Made by a program: the position numbers and the translations under genes. A stretch of 62,255 nt of DNA from a bacterium (GTDB lineage Bacteria > Chloroflexota > Dormibacteria > Aeolococcales > Bog-877): NCBI GenBank assembly GCA_021802045.1, contig JAKABB010000004.1:1-62255 (forward strand), given 5' to 3'. Below, piece after piece: positions 1 to 9,665 of the stretch. Positions within the stretch are counted from its first letter, which is position 1. Each line of letters begins with the position of its first letter. A model generated the notes under the pieces. The model was not told where the DNA came from. It ran no database searches and was given only the letters and a program-made list of their open reading frames with translations.

Positions 1-33
1 CTGTTGCTTTCGCCAGGTGGGTACGATGGGGGG

Positions 34-504
34 ATGGAACAGAGTTCGGCACCCGCCGCGTCGGTGGAGCTCGACGACGAGCTCTACCGGGAGATCATCC
101 TCGACCACTACCGGCATCCCCGCAACGCGCAGCTGGTGGAGCCGGCCGATGCCATGGCCCACGGCCACAACCCGCTCTGCGGCGACGAGGTCGACGTCAG
201 CCTGCGGCTCCGGGCGGGGCGCCTGGAGGCGGTGGGCTTCGTGGGCCAGGGCTGCTCGATCTCGCTGGCCTCGGCCTCGATGATGACCGAGGAGGTGCAG
301 GGCCGCCCGGTGGCGGAGGCGCTGGCGGTGCTGCGCCGCTTCAAGGCGATGATGACCGAGGGCGCCGAGGCACTCGACCTGGGCGACCTGGAGGCGCTCC
401 AGGGGGTTCGCCGCTACGCCGCCCGAGTGAAGTGCGCGGTGCTGCCCTGGAACGCCCTCGAGAGTGGGCTCCGCCAGGCGCAGGCCGCTGAGGAGGCACG
501 GTGA
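34..504 (+). CDS. sufU: SUF-system Fe-S cluster scaffold, SufU/IscU-like
   Basis: ORF 4..504. The translation has the IscU/SufU-type motifs HYRHPRN, NPLCGDE, GQGCSIS and KCAVLPW. ATG at 34 is preferred over TTG at 4. The stop overlaps the next gene's start. Confidence 0.85.
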   Translation: MEQSSAPAASVELDDELYREIILDHYRHPRNAQLVEPADAMAHGHNPLCGDEVDVSLRLRAGRLEAVGFVGQGCSISLASASMMTEEVQGRPVAEALAVLRRFKAMMTEGAEALDLGDLEALQGVRRYAARVKCAVLPWNALESGLRQAQAAEEAR

Positions 505-878
505 TGGCCGATAAGGACCACGACACCGCCCCCGCCGAGGCGGGGGTCGTCGCACCCCCGCCGCCCGGCGAGCGAGCGGCCCCCGACGACATCCGCCAGG
601 CGCTGTGCGCGGTGCTCGACCCCGAGATCGGGATCGACATCGTCGGCCTGGGCCTGGTCTACGGGGTGGAGATCGACGAGGCCGGGACGGCGACGATCAC
701 CATGACCCTGACCACCCCCTTCTGTCCCCTCGGCCCCTACCTGGAGACCGAGGTCCAGAACGCGGTGACCCCCCTGCCCGGGATCACCGGCGCCCGGGTG
801 GACCTGGTCTGGGACCCGCCCTGGGACCCGAGGACGATGGCTTCCGAGGAGGCGCGTCTGGAGCTCGGGATCTACTGA
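504..878 (+). CDS. sufT: DUF59/SufT-like Fe-S assembly protein (PaaD-like)
   Basis: ORF 501..878. It carries the DPEIGIDIVGLGLVY and TPFCP motifs typical of DUF59. GAGGAGG at 491-497 lies upstream of ATG 504, and the start overlaps the sufU stop. Confidence 0.8.
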   Translation: MADKDHDTAPAEAGVVAPPPPGERAAPDDIRQALCAVLDPEIGIDIVGLGLVYGVEIDEAGTATITMTLTTPFCPLGPYLETEVQNAVTPLPGITGARVDLVWDPPWDPRTMASEEARLELGIY

Positions 879-994
879 GGGGCCGGCCCGACCGCCCCTG
901 CCTCCCGTCCCGACCGTCCGCCCGCCCCGGGGGCGCGACCACCGACCCCGGGATCAGCCTCGCAAGCAGTGCCGCCACCCTCTTGGAGACCGCC

Positions 995-1936
995 GTGCCC
1001 TTCACCCGTCCCTCGCTCAACGCCGCCGCCCGCCGGGGCCTGCTGCTGGCGGCCCACAACCCGGTGGCGGAGCGGGTGGTCAGCCGGTGGGGGATGCGCC
1101 TGGGCGCGAGGCGCTTCGTCGCCGGGACCACCCTGGAGGAGTGCCTGGCGGTGCTGGCGGAGCTGAACGGGCTGGGCCTGCGCGCCAACACCACCATCCT
1201 CGGCGAGGGAACCGCCGACCGTGCCAGCGCCGAGGCGGTGGCGGCGGAGTACGCCACCGTGCTGCAGCGCATCGCCGCGGCCGGGCTGGAGGCCAACGTC
1301 TCCCTCAAGCTGACCCACCTGGGGCTGGGCCTCGACCCCGAGCTGGCCCACCGCAACGTGGAGCAGGTGGCCCGCGCCGGCGCCGCGGTGGGCCGCCTGG
1401 TGCGCATGGACATGGAGGAGTCCTGGTGGGTCGACGCCACCCTCGACATCTACCGGCGCCTGCGGGCCGCCGACCTGGCCAACGTGGGGGTGGTGCTGCA
1501 GGCCTACCTGCGGCGCACACCCGCGGACCTGGCCCAGCTGCTGCCGCTGCGGCCCAACCTGCGGCTGGTCAAGGGCGCCTACCTGGAGAGCCCGGCCGTG
1601 GCCCACGCGCGCAAGGCGGACGTCGATCAGGCCTATCTGCAGCTGATGGAGCGGGCCCTGCGGGAGGCGGGCTACACCGCGATCGCCACCCACGACGAGC
1701 GTCTCATCGAGCACGCGGTCGCCTACACCGCCGAGCGGGGCATCCCCCGCGATCGCTTCGAGTTCCAGATGCTCTACGGGGTCCGGCCCGGCCTTCAGCG
1801 TGCCCTGGCCGGACGCGGCTACCGGGTCCTGGTGGCCACCCCCTTCGGCCCCCAGTGGTACCCCTACCTGATGCGCCGCCTGGCGGAGCGGCCGGCCAAC
1901 GTCGGATTCTTCGTCCGCAACCTCTTCCACGCCTGA
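995..1936 (+). CDS. proline dehydrogenase (monofunctional PutA-like)
   Basis: C-terminal 313 aa of ORF 605..1936. Motifs seen: VSLKLTHLG, VRMDMEES, LVKGAY, FEFQMLYG and PYLMRRLAERPAN. The upstream part of the ORF overlaps sufT and is Arg/Pro-rich noise. The start is GTG 995 or TTG 983. Confidence 0.85.
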   Translation: MPFTRPSLNAAARRGLLLAAHNPVAERVVSRWGMRLGARRFVAGTTLEECLAVLAELNGLGLRANTTILGEGTADRASAEAVAAEYATVLQRIAAAGLEANVSLKLTHLGLGLDPELAHRNVEQVARAGAAVGRLVRMDMEESWWVDATLDIYRRLRAADLANVGVVLQAYLRRTPADLAQLLPLRPNLRLVKGAYLESPAVAHARKADVDQAYLQLMERALREAGYTAIATHDERLIEHAVAYTAERGIPRDRFEFQMLYGVRPGLQRALAGRGYRVLVATPFGPQWYPYLMRRLAERPANVGFFVRNLFHA

Positions 1937-1952
1937 GTGGTGGGCGGCGCCG

Positions 1953-2189
1953 TCAGCGCCGCAGCCGCCACAGCCGCCAGCCTCCACTGAGCAGCAGGCT
2001 GAGGCCGGCGCCGCCCTCGATGGCCAGGGCCAGGCCGTTGAACGGCCGGGCGGTCAGGGTGAGCAGGGCGAAGATCGACAGGACCCCGCCCATGATCAGC
2101 GCCGCCAGCTCCGGCCGGCGCGCGGCCGCGCGGTCGTCGTCCGCCCCCGCGCGCGCCCGGCCCGGGTCCCGGCCGGCCCGCGGCGCCAC
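1953..2189 (-). CDS. small two-TM membrane protein (hypothetical)
   Basis: 78-aa ORF starting 13 nt downstream of the zwf stop. The C-terminal 46 aa (MGGVLSIFALLTLT...LSLLLSGGW) form two hydrophobic helices. No recognisable family. Confidence 0.3.
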   Translation of the reverse strand: MAPRAGRDPGRARAGADDDRAAARRPELAALIMGGVLSIFALLTLTARPFNGLALAIEGGAGLSLLLSGGWRLWRLRR

Positions 2190-2201
2190 ACTCGTCGCCG
2201 A

Positions 2202-3629
2202 TCAGCGACCGGTGGCCATGGCGCTGGCCCGCAGCGGCAGGGCGGCCTCCTCCCCGACCGTGATCCAGCGGCCACCGCTGGTGGAGGCCACCAACTCGTG
2301 AGCCCCGTCCGGGCCCCATGATCCGGGGGCGTAGCCCTCGGGGTGCCCGTCGGCCTCCCAGGCCCGGATCAGGGGGTCCACGATCTCCCAGGCCCGGTCG
2401 ATCTCCTCCCCGCCCGGGAAGACGGAGTGGCCGCCGCGCAGGACCTCGCTGAGGACGTGCTCGTAGGCGTCGGGCAGCGCGGTGCGGGAGAGGCGCGAGT
2501 ACTCCAGCCGCATCCCGGCCGGCACCACCTCGAAGCGGCGACCGGGGAGCTTGGCCCCGATCCGCAGGGTGATCCCCTCCTCGGGCTGGATCCGGATCAG
2601 GAGCACGGTGGGGACGGGGCGCTGGCGCCGCCCGTCGAGGCGCAGGTGGGGCGCCTCCCGGAAGCGGATGACCACCTCCGTGACCCGGCGGCGCAGGGCC
2701 TTGCCGCTGCGGACGAAGATGGGCACGCCGTCCCAGCGCCAGTTCTCGATCATCAGCCGCGCCGCCACGTACGTCTCCCGCCTCGAGTCCGGCCTGACCC
2801 CGCGCTCCTGGAGGTACCCGTCGTACTGGCCGCGGACCGCCTGGGAGGGGTCGATGACCGCGACCGCGCGCAGCGCCTCCAGCTTGGCCTTGCGGATGTC
2901 GGCGGCGTCGAAGGTGGTGGGGGGCTCCATCGTCACCAGGGCCAGGAGCTGGAGCACGTGGTTCTGCAGCATGTCCCGCGCCGCCCCCGTCTCGTCGTAG
3001 TACCCGGCCCGCTGCCCGATCCCCTCCTCCTCCGCCGCCGTGATCTGCACCGACTCGATGAGGGTCCGGTTCCAGATGGCCTCGAAGATGGCGTTGCTGA
3101 ACCGGAAGGCCAGCACGTTCTGCACGGTGTCCTTGGCCAGGTAGTGGTCGATGCGGAAGATCTGCGGCTCGCTGAAGGCCTCCCGCAGCTGCTGGTTGAG
3201 CACGCGCGAGCTGGCCAGGTCGTGACCCAGGGGCTTCTCCACCACCACCCGGCGGGCGGGGTCGCCGCGACGGTTGAGGCCGACGGCCGCCAGCGACTCG
3301 ATGATCTGGCCGAAGGTCCCCGGCGGCGTGGCCAGGTAGAAGACGCCGACGCGGTCCGTGGACAGGAGCTCCTGGAGCGCCTGGTAGTGGTCCGGCTGCC
3401 CGTAGTCGAGATGGACCCACTCCGCGGTCGGCGCCAGCTGGACGGTGGCGGGGTCCTCGGCGAGGAGCGATCGGAAGCTCTCCACCGTGAACTCCGACCG
3501 CCCGGCGCCGATCACCCGGACCGGCTCGGGGGCGTCGCCCCGGCGCATCAGGGCCTGGAGGGCGGGCAGCACCTTGCGCCGGGTGAGGTCGCCGGACGCT
3601 CCGAAGACGACGAGGTCAGTGCTCACCAC
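2202..3629 (-). CDS. zwf: glucose-6-phosphate 1-dehydrogenase
   Basis: Motifs seen: VVFGASGDLTRRK, RIDHYLAKDTVQN and EKPLGHDL. GTG start at 3629 (VVSTDLVVFGASGD). The 135 upstream codons of ORF 2202..4034 are Arg/Pro/Gly-rich and not protein-like. Confidence 0.9.
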   Translation of the reverse strand: MVSTDLVVFGASGDLTRRKVLPALQALMRRGDAPEPVRVIGAGRSEFTVESFRSLLAEDPATVQLAPTAEWVHLDYGQPDHYQALQELLSTDRVGVFYLATPPGTFGQIIESLAAVGLNRRGDPARRVVVEKPLGHDLASSRVLNQQLREAFSEPQIFRIDHYLAKDTVQNVLAFRFSNAIFEAIWNRTLIESVQITAAEEEGIGQRAGYYDETGAARDMLQNHVLQLLALVTMEPPTTFDAADIRKAKLEALRAVAVIDPSQAVRGQYDGYLQERGVRPDSRRETYVAARLMIENWRWDGVPIFVRSGKALRRRVTEVVIRFREAPHLRLDGRRQRPVPTVLLIRIQPEEGITLRIGAKLPGRRFEVVPAGMRLEYSRLSRTALPDAYEHVLSEVLRGGHSVFPGGEEIDRAWEIVDPLIRAWEADGHPEGYAPGSWGPDGAHELVASTSGGRWITVGEEAALPLRASAMATGR

Positions 3630-4283
3630 CCCATGATGACCGATGCCCCGCCATGCCCGCCATCGAGCCCGCCGCGCCTGGGGTCCTCCCGGCCACCGCC
3701 CGGGCCCTGGTCCGCCCGGCGGCGCGCCGGGCCCACGGGTCCCGTCTCGGGCCCCACCCACCGACTGACGGCTCAGCCCGAGCCTCGGCGGCCCCTCCCG
3801 CCGGCTCGGCGGACGGCGCTCGGGCGCCCCCCGCGCGCGTCCGGGTGCCGAGCTGCCCTTCCCGCTGGGCGTCACCCTGCTGAGGAGTCCCGGGTCGGCC
3901 GGCAACGGGTGGCAACCGGGCCACACGGCGCCGCGCTCAGGCCGAGGGCCGCTCCACCGCCTCGGCACCCCACGCCGGCGACGAATGCCGGGCGCTGGCG
4001 CCGAGATGACGGTGCGGGCGCTCGCCCTGCCCACCCCACCCAGCGCCGGGACCTTCGAGCCGCTCCGGAGCCTGGCCCCGCGACTCCCACCTCGTCACGG
4101 CGGCCTCCGGGCTGAGCTCCGTTCCCTGGGCCCAGGGGCCGTGAGCCGCAGCCAGCCGCTGCGGCTTCCGCCTTAACTCGGCGGGGAACCCCCGATGCTA
4201 TCGCCGCGCCACCGCCCCACTCTGGCCCTGACCGGAGCATGTCGGCGTGCGCCGCCGGCTGGGCACGTGAGCGGGCAGCCGCG

Positions 4284-7200
4284 ATGGGGGTGCAGGTGGT
4301 GAGGATCTTTCAGAGAGGCGGAGCGGGAACAGTGCGCCGCGGTGGGCTGCGCAGGGCCATCTGGACTCCCACAGTCGTCGCCGGTCTGATCGGCACGGTC
4401 GGTCTGGTGGTCTGGCTGGGGGTGCTGGCAGGGCCCGTGAGCGCCGGGGCGTCGGCCACCTGCACGTGGAATGGCAGCTCGTCGTCGCTCTGGTCCGCCG
4501 GGGCCAACTGGACCACCACCAGCGGTAACTCCTGCACCGGCACGGGCGGCCCGCCAGCTGGCGCGGCCATCATCTTTCCCTCGGGCGCGACGAGGACGAG
4601 CGTGACCTACGACTCCCCTGCCCAGGCCAGCTCCTTCGACTCGATCACCTTCGAGGCTGGGTACACCGTCAGCGAGGGGTCGAGTGCGCCCCCTTCGATC
4701 ACCTTGACCCCGACGGCGGCCACCGCGTGCTCGGGAACCATCACCACGATCGGGCTGTGCGACACCTACACGAGCGCAAGCGTCACGTTCGCGCCGGGAG
4801 TGACCCTCGGGAGCTCCGAGGAGTTCGCCGCCGCCGGTTCCGCCGGCCTCGACCTCACCGGTGTGATCTCCGGGGCCAGCTCGGATGCGCTCACGGTCGG
4901 GGACGCGAGCGACACCGGCATCGTGAAGCTGTCGGGCGCTAACACCTACTCCGGGGCGACCACGGTGTCGTCCGCCCAGCTCTACCTCAACAGCTCGGGC
5001 GCGCTGGGAAGCACCTCGGGGGTCACCGTCGAGGACAACGGCACACTGTCCCTCAACACGGCGAGCGTCAACTATTCCGAGCCGCTCACCTTGGGCTCCG
5101 CGGGCGGAGCGGGGACGCTGCAGGTGGGCAGCAGTGGAACGCACACTTGGTCGGGACCCATCAGCCTGGTCGCCAGTCCGACGCCGGACGCGTTCTACAC
5201 CCCGAACGGCCCGCTCACGGTCGCAGGCGTGATCTCGGGCGGGGGCAGCCTCATGGCGGACGGCGGCCCCACGTTGACTCTGGATGCCCAGAACACCTAC
5301 ACCGGCACGACCGAAGTCGCGAGCACCGTCGCAGACGGGGTGGCCAACGCCCTGCCGACGGGGACGGCGCTCGACGTGGTCGCTACGGCGACCTTCGACA
5401 TGGCGGGCTTCGACCAGAGCGTGGCCGGGCTCAGCGGTGGGGGCACGGTGTTGGACAGCGCTTCCTCTGGCACGTCCACCCTCACCGACACTGCGGGCAC
5501 GACCACGTTCTCCGGGGTCCTCGAGAACAACGCCGGCACCGGCGGTACCGTGGCGCTCACCGTGAACGGCGCCAACCTCACCTTGTCGGGGACGGACACC
5601 TACAGCGGGGCCACCACCGTCAGCTCGGGGACCCTGGCGACGACGATCTCCTCCGGGTTTGGGATTAGCACGGTGAGTGTGGCGGCGGCGGCGACCCTGG
5701 AGCTCTCGGGCGGCGCAGCGCAGCCGTCCAACAACCTCGACCTCGCGGGGACCTTGCAGAGCGTCGGCACCGGCTGCGGCGCGGTCTGGGGCGGCGCCAT
5801 CACCCTGACGGCGTCGACGGCCGCCATCGAGAACGCGAACAGCGGCTGTGACCTGCTCATCGGCGGCGCCATCAGTGGAGCTTTCGATCCGACATTCGCC
5901 AACCCTGGTGGGTATTCGATCGACCTCGAGTCACTGTCGGGCGACAGCTTCACCGGTGCCAGCATCACCTCGGGCTCGGTCGCCGCCGACCACAAGGACG
6001 CCCTGGGCACGGGCGGCACGATCACGGTCAGCTCGGGCGCCCGGGTCGTCATCAACACCCCGACGCCCGCTGGTCCCAGTGTGACCCTGGACATCGCCGG
6101 CGCGGGGCCATTCGCGAGCGGGGCCCTCTACGGCGCCAACGGCGGCGGGACGTGGTCTGGCCCAGTCGTGCTGACGGCCGCGGCCACCATCGGGACCAAC
6201 GCCGCAGGCGATGTCCTCACCGCGAGCGGCGTGATCTACGGCTCAGGGCCCCTGACCGTTGACGGCCCGGGCACCACCAGGATCAGCGCTGCGGGTGACT
6301 ACACCCGTGCGACGACGGTCAGCTCCGGCACATTGGTCAGCGGCGCAGCCAACGCCCTGCCGACGGGCACCACGCTCGACGTGGCCCCGGGGGCGACGTT
6401 CAACCTGGCCGGCCACGCCCAGCAGGTGGCCTCGATCACCGACGACTCCGGCACCATCACCGACTCGGGTGCCGCCGCCGACCTCACCGTCGGCACCCTG
6501 TCGTCGGGTGACTCCGTGGGCGAGTTCCTCACCGGCAACCTGAACCTGGTCGCCGACGGTGGCAACTACAACCTGGCCCTGTCGGGCGCCAACAGCTACT
6601 CGGGCTCGACCAGGGTGTCCACCGGCAGGCTGGAGCTGATGAACAGCACAGCTCTCGGGTCGACCTCAGGGGTGGTGGTGGACAGCGCTGCCGACCTCAT
6701 GCTCGCCGCCCCCGGCGGCGCGAGCTACGGCAAGCCGCTCACCCTGGGCAGCGGCTCCGCGCCTGGCGCCGTCCTCTGGGGCGTGACCCCGGGCAATACC
6801 TGGTCGGGCCCGGTGACGCTGGCGGCGTCCTCGCTGGGCTGGTTCACCGCCGATGCCTCGTACACCCTCACGATCTCGGGGCCGGTCACCGGTTCGGGGG
6901 CCCTCGACACCAACGGCACCGGCACGGTCGTGCTCAGCAACGCGAACGACACCTACACCGGGGCGACCACGGCCGGCGGAGCCCCCGGCTTCACCCTCGA
7001 CGTGACCGGCACCCTGTCGGCCTCGGCCGTCACCGTCGACCCGGAGGCCACCCTCGAGGGCACCGGCACCGTCGCGGGCATCATCTCGGGCGGGACGGTC
7101 CACCCCGGAGCGTCTCCCGGCGTCTTGACCAGCAGCGCGGGCGCGAACCTAGCCAGCGGCAGCACCGGCTCGCTGTCGGTCGACATCACCGGCGCCACCG

Positions 7201-9110
7201 TCGGCGCGGGGTACTCGCAGCTCTCGGCCGCGGGCAGCGCGACCCTGACCGGCGCGACCCTGGCGGTCGCCGACTCCTACCCCGCCGCCTACGGCACGGT
7301 GTTCAAGATCGTCGCCGCGGGGAGCGTCAGCGGCACCTTCGCGAACGCGGCCCAGAACGCGGTCCTCACCGCCGGGGGGCGCAGCCTCCGGGTCGGCTAC
7401 AGCGCGACCGCGGTGACGCTGACCGACGTGACCAACCCGCCGCCGACGGTCACCGCCGTGTCGCCCACCTCGGGCCCGACGACCGGCGGGACCAGCGTGA
7501 CGATCACGGGGACCGACTTCGCGACCGCCGCGGGGGCGACCACGGTGGACTTCGGTGGGACGGCGGCGACATCGGTCTCGTGCAGCTCCACCACCAGTTG
7601 CAGCGGCACGAGCCCGGCCGGGACCGCCGGCACCGTCGACGTGACCGTCACGACGGCCGCGGGGACCAGCGCGACGAGTGCGGCGGACCGGTTCACCTAC
7701 GTGGCGGTCACCACCGGTGCGCCCACGGTGACCGGGGTGACCCCGGGCTCGGGCGGGACGGCGGGCGGGACCGCGGTGACGGTGACCGGCAGCAACTTCG
7801 TGGGTGGGGGCACCACGGTGACCTTCGGCGGGGCGGCGGCCGGCCACGTGGTGGTCCAGTCCCCGACCAGCCTGACGGCCACGACCCCGGCCCATGCCGC
7901 CGGGCCGGTGGCGGTGACGGCGACGACCGTGGCCGGCACCAGCACCCAGGGCTACGCCCAGTACCTCTACCTGGCCCACCCGACGGGGGAGGCCTACACG
8001 GCCCTGCGGCCGTACCGGATCCTGGACACGCGCCCGGCGCACGAGCTGGCCCCCGGGGGCCAGCTGACGCTCCAGGTGACGGGGACCGGCTCGGGCAGCG
8101 ACGCGGTCCCGGCGGGGGCGGTGGCGACGGTGCTGAACGTGACGGTGACCGAGGGGAGCCAGGCGGGGGTGCTGACGGTGTACCCGGAGGGGCTGGGCTC
8201 TCCGCCGACCTCGAACCTGAACTGGGTGAAGGGGCAGACGGTGCCCAATCTGGTCACCGTGCCGCTGAGCCCCGGGGGGGCGGTGGGGATCGTCAACCGC
8301 TCGGCGGGGACGGTGGACGTGGTGGCGGACGTGGAGGGGTACTACGCGGCGCCGGTCTCGGGGGCGGGGCAGTACGTGGCCCTGACCCCGGCGCGGATCC
8401 TGGACACCCGCAGCTGGATCGGGGGGATCGCCGGGCCGATCGCCGGCGGCCAGACGATCACGCCCCAGGTGACGGGGCGGGGCGGGGTGCCGGCCAGCGG
8501 GGTGGCGGCGGTGGTGCTGAACGTGACGGTGACCCAGACCACCCGCTCCGGCTTCCTGACCGCGTACCCGGCGGGAGCGCCGCGGCCGACGGCGTCGAAC
8601 GTGAACTGGGTGAAGGGGGAGACGGTGGCCAACCGGGTCATGGTGCCGGTGGGGTCGACGGGACGGGTGGCGCTGTACAACTCGTATGGGGACACCCAGA
8701 TCGTGGTGGACGTGACCGGGTACCTCACCACCAGTGCGGTGGCGGCGGGGACCGACGGGCTGTTCGTGCCGGTGGCGCCGCACCGGCTGCTGGACACCCG
8801 GGTGACCGGGCAGACGCTGGGACCGGGGCAGGTGCTGACGGTGCCGGTGGCGGGGCAGGCTGCGGCACCGGCGAGCGGGGCCACGGCGGTGGTGATGAAC
8901 GCGACGGTGACCGACACCACGACGGCGGGGTACCTGACGGTCTACCCGGCGGGGGTGGTCCGGCCGACGGCCTCCGACCTCAACTGGGTCAAGGGCCAGA
9001 CGGTCCCCAACATGGTGGTGGCGACGCTGGGGAGCGGCGGTGCCGTCGACGTCTACAACTCCTACGGCCACACCGACGTGGTGATCGACGTCGTGGGCTG
9101 GTTCAGCTAG
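4284..9110 (+). CDS. giant secreted/surface protein: N-terminal signal/TM, autotransporter-associated beta-strand (PATR) repeat region, two IPT/TIG domains, three C-terminal repeat modules
   Basis: One uninterrupted ORF (4239..9110). Hydrophobic N-terminal segment WTPTVVAGLIGTVGLVVWLGVLAGPVSAGA. Many (G)ANTYSGATTVSSGTL-type units lie at 4935-7430. IPT/TIG-like PTVTAVSPTSGPTTGGTSVTITG is at about 7436-7703, with a second copy at about 7716-7972. Three modules of about 125 aa lie at 7994-9107. Confidence 0.85.
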   Translation: MGVQVVRIFQRGGAGTVRRGGLRRAIWTPTVVAGLIGTVGLVVWLGVLAGPVSAGASATCTWNGSSSSLWSAGANWTTTSGNSCTGTGGPPAGAAIIFPSGATRTSVTYDSPAQASSFDSITFEAGYTVSEGSSAPPSITLTPTAATACSGTITTIGLCDTYTSASVTFAPGVTLGSSEEFAAAGSAGLDLTGVISGASSDALTVGDASDTGIVKLSGANTYSGATTVSSAQLYLNSSGALGSTSGVTVEDNGTLSLNTASVNYSEPLTLGSAGGAGTLQVGSSGTHTWSGPISLVASPTPDAFYTPNGPLTVAGVISGGGSLMADGGPTLTLDAQNTYTGTTEVASTVADGVANALPTGTALDVVATATFDMAGFDQSVAGLSGGGTVLDSASSGTSTLTDTAGTTTFSGVLENNAGTGGTVALTVNGANLTLSGTDTYSGATTVSSGTLATTISSGFGISTVSVAAAATLELSGGAAQPSNNLDLAGTLQSVGTGCGAVWGGAITLTASTAAIENANSGCDLLIGGAISGAFDPTFANPGGYSIDLESLSGDSFTGASITSGSVAADHKDALGTGGTITVSSGARVVINTPTPAGPSVTLDIAGAGPFASGALYGANGGGTWSGPVVLTAAATIGTNAAGDVLTASGVIYGSGPLTVDGPGTTRISAAGDYTRATTVSSGTLVSGAANALPTGTTLDVAPGATFNLAGHAQQVASITDDSGTITDSGAAADLTVGTLSSGDSVGEFLTGNLNLVADGGNYNLALSGANSYSGSTRVSTGRLELMNSTALGSTSGVVVDSAADLMLAAPGGASYGKPLTLGSGSAPGAVLWGVTPGNTWSGPVTLAASSLGWFTADASYTLTISGPVTGSGALDTNGTGTVVLSNANDTYTGATTAGGAPGFTLDVTGTLSASAVTVDPEATLEGTGTVAGIISGGTVHPGASPGVLTSSAGANLASGSTGSLSVDITGATVGAGYSQLSAAGSATLTGATLAVADSYPAAYGTVFKIVAAGSVSGTFANAAQNAVLTAGGRSLRVGYSATAVTLTDVTNPPPTVTAVSPTSGPTTGGTSVTITGTDFATAAGATTVDFGGTAATSVSCSSTTSCSGTSPAGTAGTVDVTVTTAAGTSATSAADRFTYVAVTTGAPTVTGVTPGSGGTAGGTAVTVTGSNFVGGGTTVTFGGAAAGHVVVQSPTSLTATTPAHAAGPVAVTATTVAGTSTQGYAQYLYLAHPTGEAYTALRPYRILDTRPAHELAPGGQLTLQVTGTGSGSDAVPAGAVATVLNVTVTEGSQAGVLTVYPEGLGSPPTSNLNWVKGQTVPNLVTVPLSPGGAVGIVNRSAGTVDVVADVEGYYAAPVSGAGQYVALTPARILDTRSWIGGIAGPIAGGQTITPQVTGRGGVPASGVAAVVLNVTVTQTTRSGFLTAYPAGAPRPTASNVNWVKGETVANRVMVPVGSTGRVALYNSYGDTQIVVDVTGYLTTSAVAAGTDGLFVPVAPHRLLDTRVTGQTLGPGQVLTVPVAGQAAAPASGATAVVMNATVTDTTTAGYLTVYPAGVVRPTASDLNWVKGQTVPNMVVATLGSGGAVDVYNSYGHTDVVIDVVGWFS
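7994..9107 (+). repeat. three tandem modules of about 116-130 aa each within the giant protein (units about 7994-8370, 8371-8759, 8760-9107)
   Basis: Each unit contains R(I/L)LDTR ... VLNVTVT ... G(F/Y/V)LT(V/A)YP ... P(P/R)PT(A/S)SN(L/V)NWVKG(Q/E)TV(P/A)N ... (V/I)DV(T/V/E)G(Y/W). Confidence 0.85.
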
Positions 9111-9141
9111 GTCTGCAAGGCGGCGTCTCCCCTGGCCGCCA

Positions 9142-9175
9142 GGAGTGGGGCCCCGGTCCTCCGGGGCGCCACTCC
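9142..9175. terminator. 15-bp GC-rich hairpin between convergent genes (bidirectional terminator candidate)
   Basis: GGAGTGGGGCCCCGG-tcct-CCGGGGCGCCACTCC with one mismatch, 32 nt after the giant protein's stop. Confidence 0.6.
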
Positions 9176-9252
9176 GCTCTCTGGTGGAGGTGCGGGGCGG
9201 AGAGGGGCGCTGAACTCGGCCTGAGCTCGTGGTGGCGACGGCGGGAACTGAT

Positions 9253-9633
9253 TCAGATGGGTTGGCGGTCGGAGAAGCCACGGTCGCGGGCGTGCCACCA
9301 GGCGACGGCGGGCTCGCCCAGCTGCCAGCACCAGAAGATGGGACGATCCTCGCGATGGCCGGGGAAGTCGATCAGCCCCCGCTCGGGGTCGCGCACCACG
9401 ACACCCAGATCCGTGACCGCCTGGAGGTGCCCGTGCCCGCTCGCCGCCGCCCGCAGGAGCTCGCTGCCTGCGGTGCCGCCCCCGTTGGACCCGGCGTGCC
9501 GGCGCACCGTCGCCGCCCGTCCCGGGTCCCGGGCGGTGCGCCAGCCCATGCGCAGGGACTCCAGGAGGGGGATCAGGGTGGGCAGCAGGGCATTGGCCTC
9601 GTCCAGCGAGAAGGAGCGCTCGGTGTCGGCCAT
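9253..9633 (-). CDS. DUF2203-family protein
   Basis: Starts MADTERSFSLDEANALLP and ends GLIDFPGH...IFWCWQLGEPAVAWWH...GFSDRQPI, which matches my memory of DUF2203. The internal ATG at 9633 is chosen over the 9705 start. Confidence 0.6.
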   Translation of the reverse strand: MADTERSFSLDEANALLPTLIPLLESLRMGWRTARDPGRAATVRRHAGSNGGGTAGSELLRAAASGHGHLQAVTDLGVVVRDPERGLIDFPGHREDRPIFWCWQLGEPAVAWWHARDRGFSDRQPI

Positions 9634-9665
9634 GGGCAGCATTCTGGGCCACCGGGAGGGCGCCG

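Noticed and set aside
605-994. N-terminal extensions of real genes in the ORF track: 605..994 for proline dehydrogenase, 3630..4034 for zwf, 28754..29611 for the ABC ATPase, 41963..42406 for hutH, 44922..45491 for the phosphodiesterase, 46517..46969 for murE and 50911..52269 for the moeB-like gene.
   Set aside because: The extensions overlap neighbouring genes or intergenic DNA, are low-complexity, and fall upstream of starts that match family N-termini and/or have RBS-like sequences.
1864-3420. Long ORFs antisense to or out of frame with recognised genes. Examples: 1864..3420(-), 2343..4115(+), 7149..9281(-), 7580..10126(+), 9107..10567(-), 12249..13808(-), 33112..34701(+), 38288..39958(+), 42858..45380(+), 44828..47164(+), 45645..47423(-), 61167..62174(-).
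   Set aside because: Their translations are Arg/Pro/Gly/Ala-rich low-complexity sequence with no family motifs, and each overlaps a gene with clear homology-type motifs. This is the expected shadow-ORF behaviour at about 72% GC.
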